In this document: positions 40,820-57,460 of the stretch, in pieces | How positions within the stretch are numbered: position 1 is the stretch's first letter | How the letters are laid out: the number at the start of each line of letters is the position of its first letter | Assembly (NCBI RefSeq): GCF_009914755.1 | Contig: NC_060947.1 | Strand: one strand, 5' to 3' | Length of the DNA: 64,000 nt | DNA from: the human T2T-CHM13v2.0 reference genome, Homo sapiens | Made by a program: the position numbers and the translations under genes | The notes under the pieces: model-generated | Databases searched by the model: none | Told to the model about the DNA's origin: nothing | What the model saw: the letters and a program-made list of their open reading frames with translations, nothing else

Positions 40820-40996
40820 CTATATTTAATTATCTCTAAAACAATATTGACTATAATATGCACCACCATTTTATGTACTGCTAAGAATAAGAAAGCATTG
40901 CCAATTATAATTGGAATCTCATTGACTGTAAATATATTCCTATTTCGGAGATAATAAAAGTATAAAAAACGTGTCTTGGAATCAATAAAATAAGGT
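40820..40996 (-). mobile_element. MER104-like MITE (Tc2/Kanga group)
   Basis: 'tgcaccaccattttatgtactgctaagaataagaaagcattgccaattataattg...tcctatttcggagat...gtgtcttggaatcaataaaataagg' matches the reverse complement of the recalled MER104. Confidence 0.65.
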
Positions 40997-41214
40997 ATGT
41001 TTCAACCTCTTACTTTAATTTAAAGGAAATCAAAATTTCTGTTACTTAGCACTCTCAATTATTCACATTACTCTTTAAACTCTTCCAGCAATAGAAGAAT
41101 CTTATGACTTCCACAGACTTATAGTAAAATATACAGTGATTAATATTTTACTTTAAATTCCTTTCTTTTTCTGACTATAAACTCAGATATCTCTATTTTT
41201 TCATTTCTATTCAG

Positions 41215-41342
41215 AAGACACTTTTGAAGTGTGGTCTAAGAAGAAGGAGAATAATTGTTCAATCTCACTCCTGACAGTGACTTCCTCTAAGGGCAATTAT
41301 GCTATGGCTCATCACTTAATCTTCATGTTGCAGATTCTCTCT
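41215..41342 (+). pseudogene. Predicted exon C (128 nt, phase 1-0), fully open
   Basis: Strong acceptor ctctattttttcatttctattcAG, donor tct|GTAAGA; the only open frame, (E)DTFEVWSKKKENNCSISLLTVTSSKGNYAMAHHLIFMLQILS, is the one required by exon B's phase-1 end. Confidence 0.55.
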
Positions 41343-42019
41343 GTAAGAATAAAACAATACATGTCATTATAATCTACCCATTACTTTGAGAAGGAATAAA
41401 CAATCTCTACTTATTTTTCTAATTATGATATTTATAATTCCAAAAATATGGCATTTAAGCAGGGTGAAATCCCTTTTAATGGTGAATTGTATCAGACCCT
41501 GAAGGTATCACAAAACAGGGGTTGAAAGTGTACAGCACCTGATTCCAGCATAAACATGTATTTGGCTATGTTTGAGCATACTCACCTTCCATCAAATTTC
41601 AATGTACCTCCATCTACGCGATGCTTTTAAAGCTGAAAAATTATGCACCTATAAATGAAGCTGTCATTTTAAAAATTTAAGCACATAATGGCTATAAAAC
41701 ACTTTCTTTGGGAGGATTAAAAACTTCATCAATTTTCTTAGCTCTTTATTAATCAAATGTTTCTTATTTTTTGAAAAAATATTTCTGTGACCATGGCTCG
41801 TATTGAGCAGAAGTAAGATTTCAAGATACCCAACAAACCAGTTCCCATTCTCCTTCTTGCTAAAAATAAAATTTTGAAAACTATTTTTTCTAGACATTCC
41901 CTCACTACCTTCCATAATTTATCTAACTGTATCATTACCAGAAATCAATGATTCATTCTTTTGACAAGCCCATTTCATTTTTTACATAATTACTTTACCA
42001 TATCATTATAAAAAGTTAC

Positions 42020-42312
42020 TTTTTATTTATTTTTGAGACCGAGTCTCGCTCTGTCGCCCAGGCTGGAGTGCAGTGGTGCGATCTCACTGCAATCTCCGCC
42101 TCCCTGGTTCAAGCAATTCTCCTGCCTCGGCCTCCTGAGTAGCTGGGATCACAGGCTCCCACCACCACACCCGGCTAATTTTTTGTATTTTTAGTAGAGA
42201 CAGGGTTTTACCTTGTTGGCTAGCCTGGTCTCGAACCCCTGACCTCAGGTGATCCGCCCTCTTCACCCTCCCAAAGTGCTGGGATTACAGGCGTGAGCCC
42301 CCATGCCCGGCC
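42020..42312 (-). mobile_element. AluSx-like, antisense
   Basis: T-rich tail and full Alu body with 'tgacctcaggtgatccgccc', ending ...cccggcc. Confidence 0.92.
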
Positions 42313-43008
42313 ACTTTTTTTTTTTTCTTAATAGGTTGGCAACTTTATTTGAATAAAAGGCTTTCACATTTAAATCACATAGCCTTTTCCAGATTCAAAA
42401 ATGTGTGAAATCCCCTGTGAAACTTCTGTCTTTTGGAGCACGAACGCTTAAGATGGTTATAAAATATAAATATGTGTTTTATGTATATAAACAAAAGCAT
42501 AAAACTGTATTCAAGGATAGTGTAAAAAGTTGATAGATACTAAAGAAAACATACAAAAATGAACCCTAGGTAGTAAAAACTTTGAAGAAGAAAAAAATTG
42601 CAGCATTTCCATCCATAAATTGTTCATTCACCAAAATTTTTTAGAGACTATTAAAGGGCTTCTGGTTCAATAAGCGGACTTGTGTTTAAATCTTTTTATC
42701 CTAAATTAGAAATACAATAAAGAATAGAGTTTCTTCTGTACAAAAAAGGGAAGACAGTTTTACTAACAGATCAGATACATAAAAAAAAAAAATGAAAGAA
42801 TTCCAGAGTGCCTTCATGATCAGTGGCAGATATGACAGAGATCAATAATAAAAAGTGGTGTTGAAATCTGGTGAATTGATTGAAACTGCATATGGAACAG
42901 CTGAGGCAGCCTATGACTCCATAGTTTTCTCTAAATGTGCAGAGAACTGTTAGCCTAGTTATCCCCAGGTAAAAAAGCATAGCATTTCTTTCTAAAAAAA
43001 ATTGAACT

Positions 43009-43184
43009 ATCTGGGGAAAACAATAGCTTCATTTATGGGTGTTGAAAATTCAGAATAAAATTCTTCTCATTCTGGCTGGCATGCAAGTTTTGAGGGGAGA
43101 GGGAGTGTTGGTGAGGCCACAGCCTGACATCCAGCTTCCCACTTTCTCATAGTTAATTAAAATATAAGACCTTATATACTATAC
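43009..43184 (+). repeat. 176-bp dispersed direct repeat, copy 1 (presumed donor)
   Basis: 169/176 identical, ungapped, to 49350-49525 by manual alignment. Confidence 0.95.
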
Positions 43185-43789
43185 TCATTAAATAAGCTAC
43201 CAGTTTGATGTCATGCTCATATGAAAAATCAGACTTAAAAAAGAATAGAGGGAAACCATACCAGCTACCTAGAATTTTCTTCTAAATATAAACAGACAAT
43301 CACAGATCACTAGGAATAAAAAACAAACCTTCTGCATGAAAATAAAAGTTGAAATAATTAAAAAGTATACTCAGGCGAAACAGAAAATGTAAGAAAACTT
43401 TAATAAAAAAGTCCATATGGAGAGCATTTTGATAAGAATTTTAAATGTTGTTTAAAAATGTCAGAAATTAGAAAAATATTTTACCTCTTACAAATAGAAT
43501 TTCCAGAATAAAACTTTAATATAAAAGATGAAAAATAAGGTTGTGGGAAAAATAACGTTGTGGGAATCCCTTAAAATGTTAAGCATAAGGGCAAAGAGAC
43601 AGAAAATATGAGAGAAAAGACTCATATATGATAACTGCATGAAGTCCAACATTTGATCAGTAAGAGTCACAGGACAGAGAAAAGGGAATACGTTTAAATA
43701 AAACAACATAAGATAATAAACCACATACCAAAAAAAAAAAAAACCTACTGCAGAGATGGAAAAATCTGAGCACAGAGCATATCAATTTT

Positions 43790-44010
43790 TTTATTAGTTT
43801 TTGAATTTTTAAAAAATTAATAATTTTTATTTTAAAATTTTACATTCAGGGAGTACATTTGCATGTTCCTTACATGGATATATTGCATAATGGTGGATAT
43901 TGGGTTTCTAGCATACCAGTCACCAAAATAATAAACATTGTATTCAGTAGGTATGCTTTTAACACTCACCCCTCTCCTCCCCCATTTTGTAGTCCCCAGT
44001 ATCTATCCCA
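43790..44010 (-). mobile_element. L1 3' UTR fragment (L1PB/L1PA16-17 class), antisense
   Basis: 'cagggagtacatttgcatgttccttacatggatatattgcataatgg...gtagtccccagtatctat'. Confidence 0.75.
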
Positions 44011-45845
44011 TTTTGTTTTAAATTGAGCTTATTTTGATCTTCCCTCTTCTTTTCTTGGTTAATCTTGCTAATGGTATAACAATTTTATTTATTTTTTCCA
44101 AGAACCATCTTTTTCTTTCATCTATCTTTTGTATTTGTTTGTTTGTTTCAATTTCATTTAGTTCTTCTCTGATTTTGGTGATTTCTTTTCTTCTGCTGGG
44201 TCTGGGTTTGGTTTGTTCTTGTTTCTCTAGTTCCTTGAGGTATGACCTTAGATTGTCTATTTGTGCTCTTTCAGCTTTTTTGATGTAGGCATTTAATGCT
44301 GTAAACTGCCCTTTTAGCACTGACTTCTATATCTCAGAGGTTTTTATAGGTTGTGTCACTATTATAATTCAGTTCAAATAATTTTTTAATTTCCCTCTTG
44401 ATTCCATAGTTAACCCAAAGATCATTCAGGAACAGGTTATTTAATTTCCATGTATTTACGTTGTTTTGAAGATTCCTTTTGAAATTGATCTCCAATTTCA
44501 TTCCACTGTGGTCTGAGAGAGTACTTAATATAATTTCATTTTTTAAAATTTATTGTGACTTGTTTTGTGGTCTACCATATGGTCTGTCTTAGAGAAAGTT
44601 CCATACACTTACTTGTAGAATGTGTATTCTTCGGTTGGTGGGTGAAATGTTCTGTAAATATCTGTTAAGTCTATTTGTTCTAGGGAATAGTTTAAATCCA
44701 TTGTTTTTTGTTAACTTTCTACCTTGATGACCTGTCTAATGCTGTTAGTGGGGTATTGAAGTCCTTCACTATTATTTTGTTGCTATCTAACTCATTTCTT
44801 ATGTCTGGTAGTAATTGTTTATAAATTTGGGATCTCCAGTGTTAGGTGCATATACATTTAGGATTGTAATATTTTCCTGTTGGACAAGGCCTTTTATCAT
44901 TAAACAATGTCCCTCTTTTTTTTTTAAATGTGGTTTCTTTAAAGTTTTTCTGTCTGATATAAGAATAGCTACTCTTGCTCACTTTTGGTGTCCATTTGCA
45001 TGGAATGTCTTTTTCCACCCCTTTATGTTAAGTTTATTTGTGTCCTTATGTGTTAGTGAATCTCTTGAAAGCAGAAGATACTTGGTTGGTGAATTCTTAT
45101 CTATTCTGCCATTCTGTATCTTTTAAGTGGAGCATTTAGGCCATTTACATTCAAAGGCAGTATTGAGATGTTAGATACTATTCCATTCATCGTGCTATTT
45201 GTTGCCTGAATACCGTGGGTTTTTAAAAGTTTATTTATTGTATTTTTATTTTATAGATATTGTGAGATTAATGCTTTAAGGAGGTTCTGTTTTAATGTGT
45301 TTTTAGAATTTGTTTCAAGATTTAGATCTCCTCTTAGCAGTTCTTGCAGTGCTGGCTTGGTAGGGGCGAATTCTCTCAGCATTTGTTTGTCTAAAACAAA
45401 CTGTGTCTTTCCTTCATTTATCAAGTTAGTTTCACTGGATACAAAATTCTTGGCTGATAATTGTTTTGTTTAAGGAGGTTGAAGATAGAACCGCAATCCC
45501 TTCTAGCTTGTAGGGTTTCTGCTGAGGAATCTGCTGTTAATCTGATAGGTTTTCCTTCATAGGTTACCTGGTGCTTTTGTTTTACACTCTTAAGATTCTC
45601 TCCTTCATCTTGACTTTAGATAACCTGATGATGTACCTAGATGATAACCTTTTTGCAATAAATTTTTCAGGTGTTCTTTGAGCTTCTTGTATTTGGATGT
45701 CTAGATCTCTAGCAAGGCCAGAGAAGATTTCCTCAATAATTCCCCCAAATACATTTTCCAAACTTCTATATTTCTCTTCTTCCTCAGGAACACCAATTAT
45801 TCTTATGTTTGGTCATTTAACATAATCCCAAATTTCTTGGAGCCT
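44011..45845 (-). mobile_element. L1PB fragment (ORF1 3' half to ORF2 N-terminal part), antisense
   Basis: ORF 44018-44320 ([22 protein letters not shown]...[18 protein letters not shown]) is ORF2p; the reverse complement of 45400-45845 resembles ORF1 of the L1PB1 at 14800-15250. Confidence 0.88.
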
Positions 45846-45859
45846 TTGGCTACAAAAGG

Positions 45860-48800
45860 TATGAAATAACCACACAACAGTAGTGGGAGACTTTAATGCC
45901 CCACTGACAGTGTTAAACAAATCACCGAGGCATAAAACTACCAAAGGAACTTTAGATTCAAATAGGAAAGTAGATAAATTGAACCTAATAGAAATATACA
46001 GAACACACCACCCAACAACCATAGAATATATTTTCTTCTCATCTGCACATGGAACATATTCTAAGACTAACCTCATGCTCTGTCATAAAGCAAACTTCAA
46101 TAAATTTAAAAAAAACTGAAATTATACCAAGTATACTCTTGAACCACTGTGCAATAAAAATGGAAATCAATATCAATAAGATCTCTCAAAACTACATAAG
46201 TACATAGAAATTAAACTACTTACTCCTCAAAAACTCCTCGGTGAACAAAATTCATTAAGAAATAAAAAATATTCTATAAAATTAATGCAAATAGGGACAC
46301 AATTGACTGAAATCTCTGGGATGTAGCCAAAGCAGTGTTAAGACAAAAGTTTACAGACTAAACACTTTCCTCAAGTAGTTGGAAAAGTTTCAAATTACCA
46401 GTGTAAGTTTGCACCTAAAGGAATTAGGAAAAAAAAGTACAAACCAACCCAAAGGTAGTAGAAAAAGAAACATTAAAATTAGAGAAAAACTGAATGAAAT
46501 AGAGATGCCAAAATTCATACGAAAGATCATTGAAACCAATAGTTGGTTATTTGGAGAAATACACAAGATTATAGACCCATAACAAGATGAACAAAGAAAA
46601 AGAAAGACAAGATACAAAGCACAATCAGCATTGACAAAGGTAATATTACAACTGAGTTCACAGAAATGCAAAAGATCCTCAGAGACTGCTAGGAACAATT
46701 CTATGCACACAAATTGGAAAATCTAGAAGAGATGGATACATTCCTAGAACCACACACACTGCCAAGATTTTTTCGGGAAGAGATTGAAACCCTGAATAGA
46801 ACAATGTAAACTTCTGAAATGCAAGCAGTAATAAAGAACTTATTAACCAAAACAACAACAACAACAACAACAAAAAAAACCCTGAACCAGATAGATTCAC
46901 AGCTAAATTCTAACAGTAGAACAAAGAAAAATAGACACAAAACCTAGTGAAATAATTCCAAAACAAAATGAGGAGTAGGGGTTTTTCCTTAACTAATTCT
47001 GTGAAGCCAGCGTTATCCTGATACCAAAATATGACAGAGCCACTAAAATAAACAAAAGAACAAAACAAAACAACAAAAAAACTTCAGACCAATATCTGTC
47101 ATTAACATAAATGCAAAAATATTTAAGAAAATACCAGCAAATGGAATACAGTAACCCATCAAAGAGTTTACATACCACAGGCAAGTAAGCTTTATTCTTG
47201 GGATGCAAGGCTAGTTCAATCTATGCAAATCAATAAATGTGATTCACCACATAAACAAAATTAAATATAAAAACCATATGATTATTTCAAAAGACAAAGA
47301 AACTTCTTTTGATAAAATTCAAAATCAATTCATGATAAAAACTCTCAACATATTAGGCATCAAAGGAACATATCTCAAAATAATGAGAGCCATCTATGAC
47401 AAATACACAATTAACGTCACATTGAACGGACAAAAACTTGAACAATTTCCCTTAAGAACTGAAACAAGATAAGGATACTCACTTTTGCCACACCTATTCA
47501 ACATAATACTAAAAGTCCTAGCCAGAACAATCAGGCAAGATAAATAAATGAAAGACATCCAAACTGGAAAATATGAAGTTAAACTATTTATCTGCAGATG
47601 ATATAATTATATACCTAGAAAATCCTAAAGACTCTGCCAAAATATTCCTAAAATTGATAATTGACTTTAGTAAAATTTCAGGACACAAAATCAATGTACA
47701 AATCTAATTATCATTTTTGTACACCAAAAACATCCAGGCTGAGAGTGAAATCAAGAACACAATCTCACCTATGAAAGTGACAAAGAAAATTAAATACCTA
47801 GTAATATAGCAAACTAAGGAAGTTAAAGATCTCTACAAGGGAGCTACAAAACCCTGCTGAAAAAATCAGAGATGATACAACTAAATAGAGAAACATTCCA
47901 TCCTCGTAGATTGAAGAATCAATATTATAAAAAATTGTCATATGGACCAAAGCAATTTACAGATTCAATGTTATTCCTACAAACCTACCAATGTCCTTCT
48001 TTAAGGAATTAGAGAAAACTGTTCTAAAATGCATATGAAACAAAAAATCCAAATAGACAAAAGAATCCTAAGTGAAATGAACAAAGTCAGAGGCATCACA
48101 TTACCCAACTTTAAGTATTTTATAAAACCACAGTAACGAAAACAGCTTGGTACTGGTATAAAAGCAGACACATAGATGAATGGAAAAAAAAAAAGATAGA
48201 AACCTCAAAAATAAAGCTGCACACTTACAACCATCTGATCTTTGACAAGGCCAACAAAGATAAGTAATATGGAAATAACTCCCCATTCAATAAATGGTGC
48301 TGGGATAACAGGTTAGGAGATTGAAGCTCGACCCCTATTTTTATCATATACAAAATTTAACTCAATATGGAATAAAACTTTAAATGTAATACCTCCAAAT
48401 ACAAAAATCCTTAAAGACAAACTAGGAAATACTCTTGTCGACATCAGCCTTGGCAAATAATTTTTGGCTGTCCCCAAAAGCAATTGCAACAAGAATAAAA
48501 ATAGACTGGGACTTAATTAAACTAAACAGCTTCTGCATAGCAAAAGAAACAACAGAGCAAACAGACAACCTACAGAATAAGAGAATATATTTATAAACTA
48601 TGCATTTTACAAAGGCCTCACATCCATAATCTGCAGAGAACTTAAACAAATCAACAAGCAAAAACCAAATAACGACATTTAAAAATGGGCAAAAAACATG
48701 AGCAGACACTTTTCAATAGAAGACATGCAAGTGGCCAACAAATATATAAAAAAAGTTCAGCATCACTAATCATGATAGAAATGCAAGTCAAAACGACAAT

Positions 48801-49705
48801 GAGATATTATCTGACACCAGTTAAAATAGCTATTACTAAAATGTTAAAAATCAACAGATACTGCCAAGGTTGTGAAGAAAATGGAATGCTTATACAATAT
48901 TGGTGAAAATGCAAATGAGTCCAGCCACTTTGGAAAGCAATTTGGATATTTCTCCCAAAAATTAAAACAGAGCAACCATTTGATCCAGCAATCCCATTAC
49001 TGAGTATATTTCCAAAAGAAAATAAATCTTTCTACCAAAATGACACATGCACTGATATGTTTATCACTACGCTATTCAGAATAGCAAAGACATGGAATCA
49101 ATCCAGGTGTTCCTCAATGGTAGGTAAGATAGATAAAACTTGGTACATATAAACTGTGAAATACTATTCAGCCATAAAAATAGTGAAATCATGTTATGTG
49201 CAAGAACATGGATGGAGCTGGAAGCTATAACGCTAAGCAAAGTGATGTATGAACAGAAAACCAAAAACCCCCATGTCCTCACTTATAAATGGGAACTAAG
49301 CTTTGAGCACACATGAACATAAATGTAGGAACAATTAACACTGTGGACCATCTGGGGAAAACAAAGGCTTCATTTATGGGTGTTGAAAACTCAGAATAAA
49401 ATTCTTCTCTTTCTGGCTGGCATGCAAGTTTTGAGGAGAGAGGGAGAGTTGGTGAGGCCACAGCCTGACATCCAGCTTCCCACTTTCTCATAGTTAATTA
49501 AAATATAAGACCTTAAATACTATACAGAAGTAGTAGTAGAAAGTGGAGGGAGGAGTCGTTTAAAAAATTACCAATTGGATGCTATGGCCTTAAGAGGGTG
49601 ACAGGATCCATAATACAAATCTCTGCATAATTCAATATTCCTAAGTAACAAATCTGCACATGTACACCCTGTATCTAAAGTAAAAGTTGAAACAGAAACA
49701 AAAAG
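45860..49705 (+). mobile_element. 5'-truncated L1PA16/17-like LINE-1 (ORF2 from the endonuclease domain to the 3' UTR)
   Basis: ORF 45883-46119 GDFNAPL...LIEIYRT.HP...EYIFFSSAHGTYSK (endonuclease); RT fragments; 3' end 'gtaacaaatctgcacatgtacaccctgtatctaaagtaaaagttgaaa'. Confidence 0.88.
49350..49525 (+). repeat. 176-bp dispersed direct repeat, copy 2, inserted in the L1 3' UTR
   Basis: Interrupts the L1 3' UTR between 'aacactgtggacc' and the G-rich tract / 'aaaaaattaccaattgg'; 96% identical to 43009-43184. Confidence 0.95.
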
Positions 49706-49788
49706 CACTTTGATAATTGCCAAAATGGAAGTTTGTATGTGGGATAGTAGCACTATAACTCAAAGCCACAGAGAAAAGGGAATACTTA

Positions 49789-53390
<3,602 letters not shown>

Positions 53391-55536
53391 AAAGATAAAA
53401 AAGAGGAGGAAGTGATTTATAATGAAGGAGGAAAATGAGGGAGAATCAGGAAAGATTTCCTAGATCAGTGAACTGAACCATAAAAGAGATTAAATGGAAG
53501 AAATGGCAGGGTAGGGTAATAGGAACAATTCACTGTAAGGTTGTAAGGTAACGTTATGAAGAAATGCACCTACAGAGTATACTTAAATAGTTAGTGGCAA
53601 CCTGTGGCTGGAATGGAGAATGTACTGCAGTGAGATGGAGTACTGTGAATGACAGCAGCAGCAAGTGTTGCAGAGAGCCCAGTGAGAGTGAAAACATTTT
53701 AAAAAATGATTAAATATTGTGTGTAAGGAATCATCAGAGACCTTACAGAAAACACATTCAGTAGTGTGGGAGGTTATGGACGTGAAGCCAAAGGTATAAT
53801 GCAGTGCAGGTTTCTCTCCTAAGATGTGTTGCAGTGGAAGGAAGAGGGGAAGTGCATAACTTTAGCATCCACTAGTGTTAAGAAGATTACTTTAAAACAT
53901 TTTTAAGATGAAATAACAGGAGCATACTTGTAGCACAAGGAAGGAACTGATAAGGAGAGAGTAATTAAAAGTGCAAGAGAAGAGGATAATTGCCAGATAA
54001 ATGTTTCTGAAGAGACAGGAATGAGTCCAAATAAGTGGTTCTGCACACATTATCCAGTAGGATCTCACTTCATAATTTCCTTAGTAGGGATTCTCTCTTT
54101 ACCAAATTATGCACAGTTTACCAGAAAGTTAAAATTATAGGGTAATTTCAATGTCTATTTTTATATTGCCTTTCCTTAATTTTAGGATTCTTACATTTTA
54201 AGATGTCTTATTTATTTGTCATTGTATTAGGTGTGCCTGGAGAAATTAAGTTAACCCATCATGTAAATTATATGTTCATATATAGTACACACTAAAATAC
54301 AAATAGATAATTTCCACAGTAGTAAATGTTTGTTTCCTTGTTACTAGAAGCTCAAAGAGCATTGACTGGAGTATAGGCAAACTGCTGACTGCAACTGTTG
54401 CACATTTTCTAAGATAGAGAACATTAGCAAAGTTAGCATAGACATCGCGTTTAGCTAATAAATGAAGAAATCATACAAGTATTTCAAAATAATAATTGGT
54501 GCCCGCCACAGAGCCCATAACATCACCAAGATTTATGCTTGCTATTCTCTGATCCTTCTGCTGTGCATGCTGTGACTTAGGAATTATTTATATGTGGGTA
54601 ATGACAACATTTAGCCTCTCACACAGAAGCTCAGTAATTGTGCTAATGGTAGTGATGAGTCCATCCCTCTAAATTCAGAAGCTGAAGACTATGTTGCAAG
54701 AAATGCTAAAAGGTTAAACATGTCAAAGAGTTTATCAAGTACTGATCAAAATCCCATACTTACAAAAATTAGCAAAACAACCCTCAAATTTGGGCAGACG
54801 TAACCTTTAAATATGAAGGGTTATTTGTATATTTTGTACCAATTTGCACTAACAGATATTCACTCCACCACCTCTAGCTTTATTCCTGTAGCTAAATATC
54901 ATTTCTAGTTTTTTCCATTGGATATTTATTGCATCTTGAAAAATCTGGCATTTTCAAGCTTGTGTGTTCTTCTGCAAGCTCCTGATTTTAACATATAGCT
55001 TTTCTTTTCTTTCTTCATTCATATAAACGAATCTTGTGTTTATTTTAGAAATCTTCATGACCCTTCCAAAAGAAAATTACTTCATTTCATAGTATAAACT
55101 GAAAAGCTAGCTTTTATCTTACTGCTTTATTTGTATTATCACAGGAAGTCACACGGTTTTTCCATTCTTGCAGTAAACTACCGTGGATAATTGATCCTCA
55201 CACAGTACAGAGAAAGGCTGCAGGCTAAATTCTGTCCAAAGATACAACTCTAAAATTATCTGGGAAAAAAGGAAATACATAGACACATAAAGAGAAAGAT
55301 GAGAGAGAGAGAGCACCAAAAAGTGAGTTCATCTCTATTAAGTGAACATTACTTTGTTATTGGCTTCAATCTGATCATGGTTGTCATTTCTTTTACCAGT
55401 TTGTTTAAGGAGACATGCATCATTCTAGTTTTAGGCAGTAAAAGGTGACATTGTAGATATAAATAGTATTAGATTTTGTTGAGGTACTGCATATATTTGA
55501 AAAATTTTTGAAAAGCTGTTAAATATTTTGAAATAT

Positions 55537-55744
55537 AAGGCATCAGTCAGCAGTTTTTTTAACTTGCCAGATAATAAATCTTTTCAGCCTTGCAGGCCAT
55601 ATAGGCTCTGTTGCAATTTCTCAACTTTTCATATTGGGAAAGCAGCTATAGATAATACATAATTGGATCAGCATGGCTGTGTTCCAATGAAATTGTATTT
55701 ACAAAAGTAGGCATATTACTCAGACAGTAGTTTACCAATCCCTG
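55537..55744 (-). mobile_element. MER58A hAT-Charlie MITE
   Basis: 'gccagataataaatcttttcagccttgcaggccatata...atggctgtgttccaatgaaattgtatttacaaaagtaggc...gtagtttaccaatccctg'. Confidence 0.8.
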
Positions 55745-56149
55745 AAGATATCATTATGATTTATCATCAGTTAGTTTCACATCATTCCATTGTACTAGCA
55801 TTCTTCCATGAAATCCAAATTCTGTTATCTGTTATTTTTCTGTGTGTCTATTAAATGAAGAGTTTTAATCTAGAATAGATTCATGAAAATATCCAAGAAA
55901 ATATGGTTATTAAGGAAATAATTACTTAGCACTTATGAGGTTTTTGAAAAATTGTTGCAAGGCATTGTTTCCTGTAAACATATGCAGAACTTCATTGAAA
56001 TGACTCTTTATAGCTTATTTTAAATGTATTGTTTGGTTTTGTTTCTATCTAGCACACAGTTATAATATCTAGTGTCTCTATGGGTCTATAACTAGTACCC
56101 AGGGCAATATGAAAGTAATTGTAAAAGAACAAAATGAAGAAGCAAAAAA

Positions 56150-56600
56150 AAAGAAAAATAAAATGAGTGAAATAATTAGACAATTTACCTACAAAATAAA
56201 TAAGTACAAGTGGCGTATATGCACAGCATCACTTATAATCCCGAAAATGGAAGGTAAACAGAAAATTTTTTATCATATTGACAAAAACAGAAAAAAGATC
56301 AGTCTTCTGATTCTTGGTGAGGATGTGAGGAAATGGGAAATTCCTAACAGATTTACAGGACAATTCAGCTGTATCTATGGCTATCATAAATGTTTACACC
56401 TTTGAACTCAGCACTTCCCACTACTTGGAATTTATGCAAGTCAGCAAAATATTAAATGTCCCATTATTTAAAATACTAAACATTTGGAAACAAGTCAAAT
56501 GCTTATCCTTAGAAGCATGGTAAAAGTAAATTGCAGAACAGTATATAGAACATAATTCCATTTTTATTAAAAAATAACTAGTTAAAATGAATATAGTGAA
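56150..56600 (+). mobile_element. Very old L1 (L1ME-like) 3' fragment
   Basis: 'ttggtgaggatgtgaggaaatgggaa...cctttgaactcagcacttccactacttggaatttat...ttggaaacaagtcaaatg'. Confidence 0.55.
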
Positions 56601-56871
56601 GTTGTAGACAATGATAAATTGTGCAGGTTGAGTAAGTTTAAATTTCCTTAACCTCAGTTTCAACCTCTACAAAATTCTAGCTAAAAAAATGCTATGACTA
56701 TATAAAAATAAATTCCTGAAAATAAAAAGCATGATTATGAAGTGATTCTGAATTAGAATTATTCAAACAGCCTATTTAGAGTTGTATATATAAGTGAAAT
56801 TAATTAAACTAAGGGTAAGAAGATAGAGTACTTTTAAACTCACAAACTTTTTTTATGTTTTCTTTGACAAG

Positions 56872-57036
56872 AATTTGGAATCATCAGAAGTATTTGAAGA
56901 AGAATCAAATACCACCTTTGATAAACTGGTATCTGTAGTATTTGAAGTGGTTTGCATGAGAGTGTTAATATAAGTGGGGAAACTTTTGAAAAGAGGTTAT
57001 AGTTGTCAATGGAACTTAACCTGAACAAAAGCTTTG
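56872..57036 (+). pseudogene. Predicted exon D (165 nt, phase 0-0), two in-frame stops
   Basis: Acceptor tttttttatgttttctttgacaAG, strong donor ttg|GTAAGG; NLESSEVFEEESNTTFDKLVSVVFEVVCMRVLI*VGKLLKRGYSCQWNLT*TKAL (TAA 56971, TGA 57022). Confidence 0.55.
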
Positions 57037-57124
57037 GTAAGGGCCTTGGGAAAATTAGAATATTATTGATGATGGCGTCAGTATAGAATGAGCTATGTAT
57101 ACTTACTAAGAAGCCTTTAGGTAT

Positions 57125-57460
57125 ATTATCAGTATGAATGTGATTGATTGCAAGAAAGAAAATATCAAATTAGAATGATTCAAATGATGAGAACATGTAT
57201 TGTCTTACCTACAGGCTGTGCATTTTCAGGGTTAGTTTATTCAGTTTCACACATATTAGGGCTTTTGGTCTGCTTCTTGTGGTCACAAGATGGCTGCTAC
57301 AGTTAAATGAAGTATCCCAGACAACGGACCCTTCTGTCTCCTTGGCCAGGATTGCATCACATGCTATTGCCTAGACCAAATGTTGATCAAAGAAATAGTA
57401 ATGTCATGATTGTTTTAGACTTTTCAGTGTTCACCACAGGAGAAAGGGAAGGGAAGAGAA
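57125..57460 (-). mobile_element. Old MLT1-type MaLR LTR, antisense
   Basis: 'gattgcaagaaagaaaatatcaa...tggtcacaagatggctgctacag...cttggccaggattgcatcacatgc'. Confidence 0.5.

Noticed and set aside
44011-49705. Head-to-head antisense/sense L1 junction at about 45850 as a twin-priming 5' inversion of one element
   Set aside because: Both arms contain the same ~750-nt stretch of ORF2 (endonuclease onward) with clearly different sequence, so they are two independent L1s of different subfamilies.
54348-54720. Unique segment with an acceptor-like site and a few retained CpGs as an additional exon
   Set aside because: All three frames close within ~25 codons and the phase-0 frame needed after exon C stops after 5 codons; it may be non-coding regulatory sequence, but I cannot support that without conservation data.
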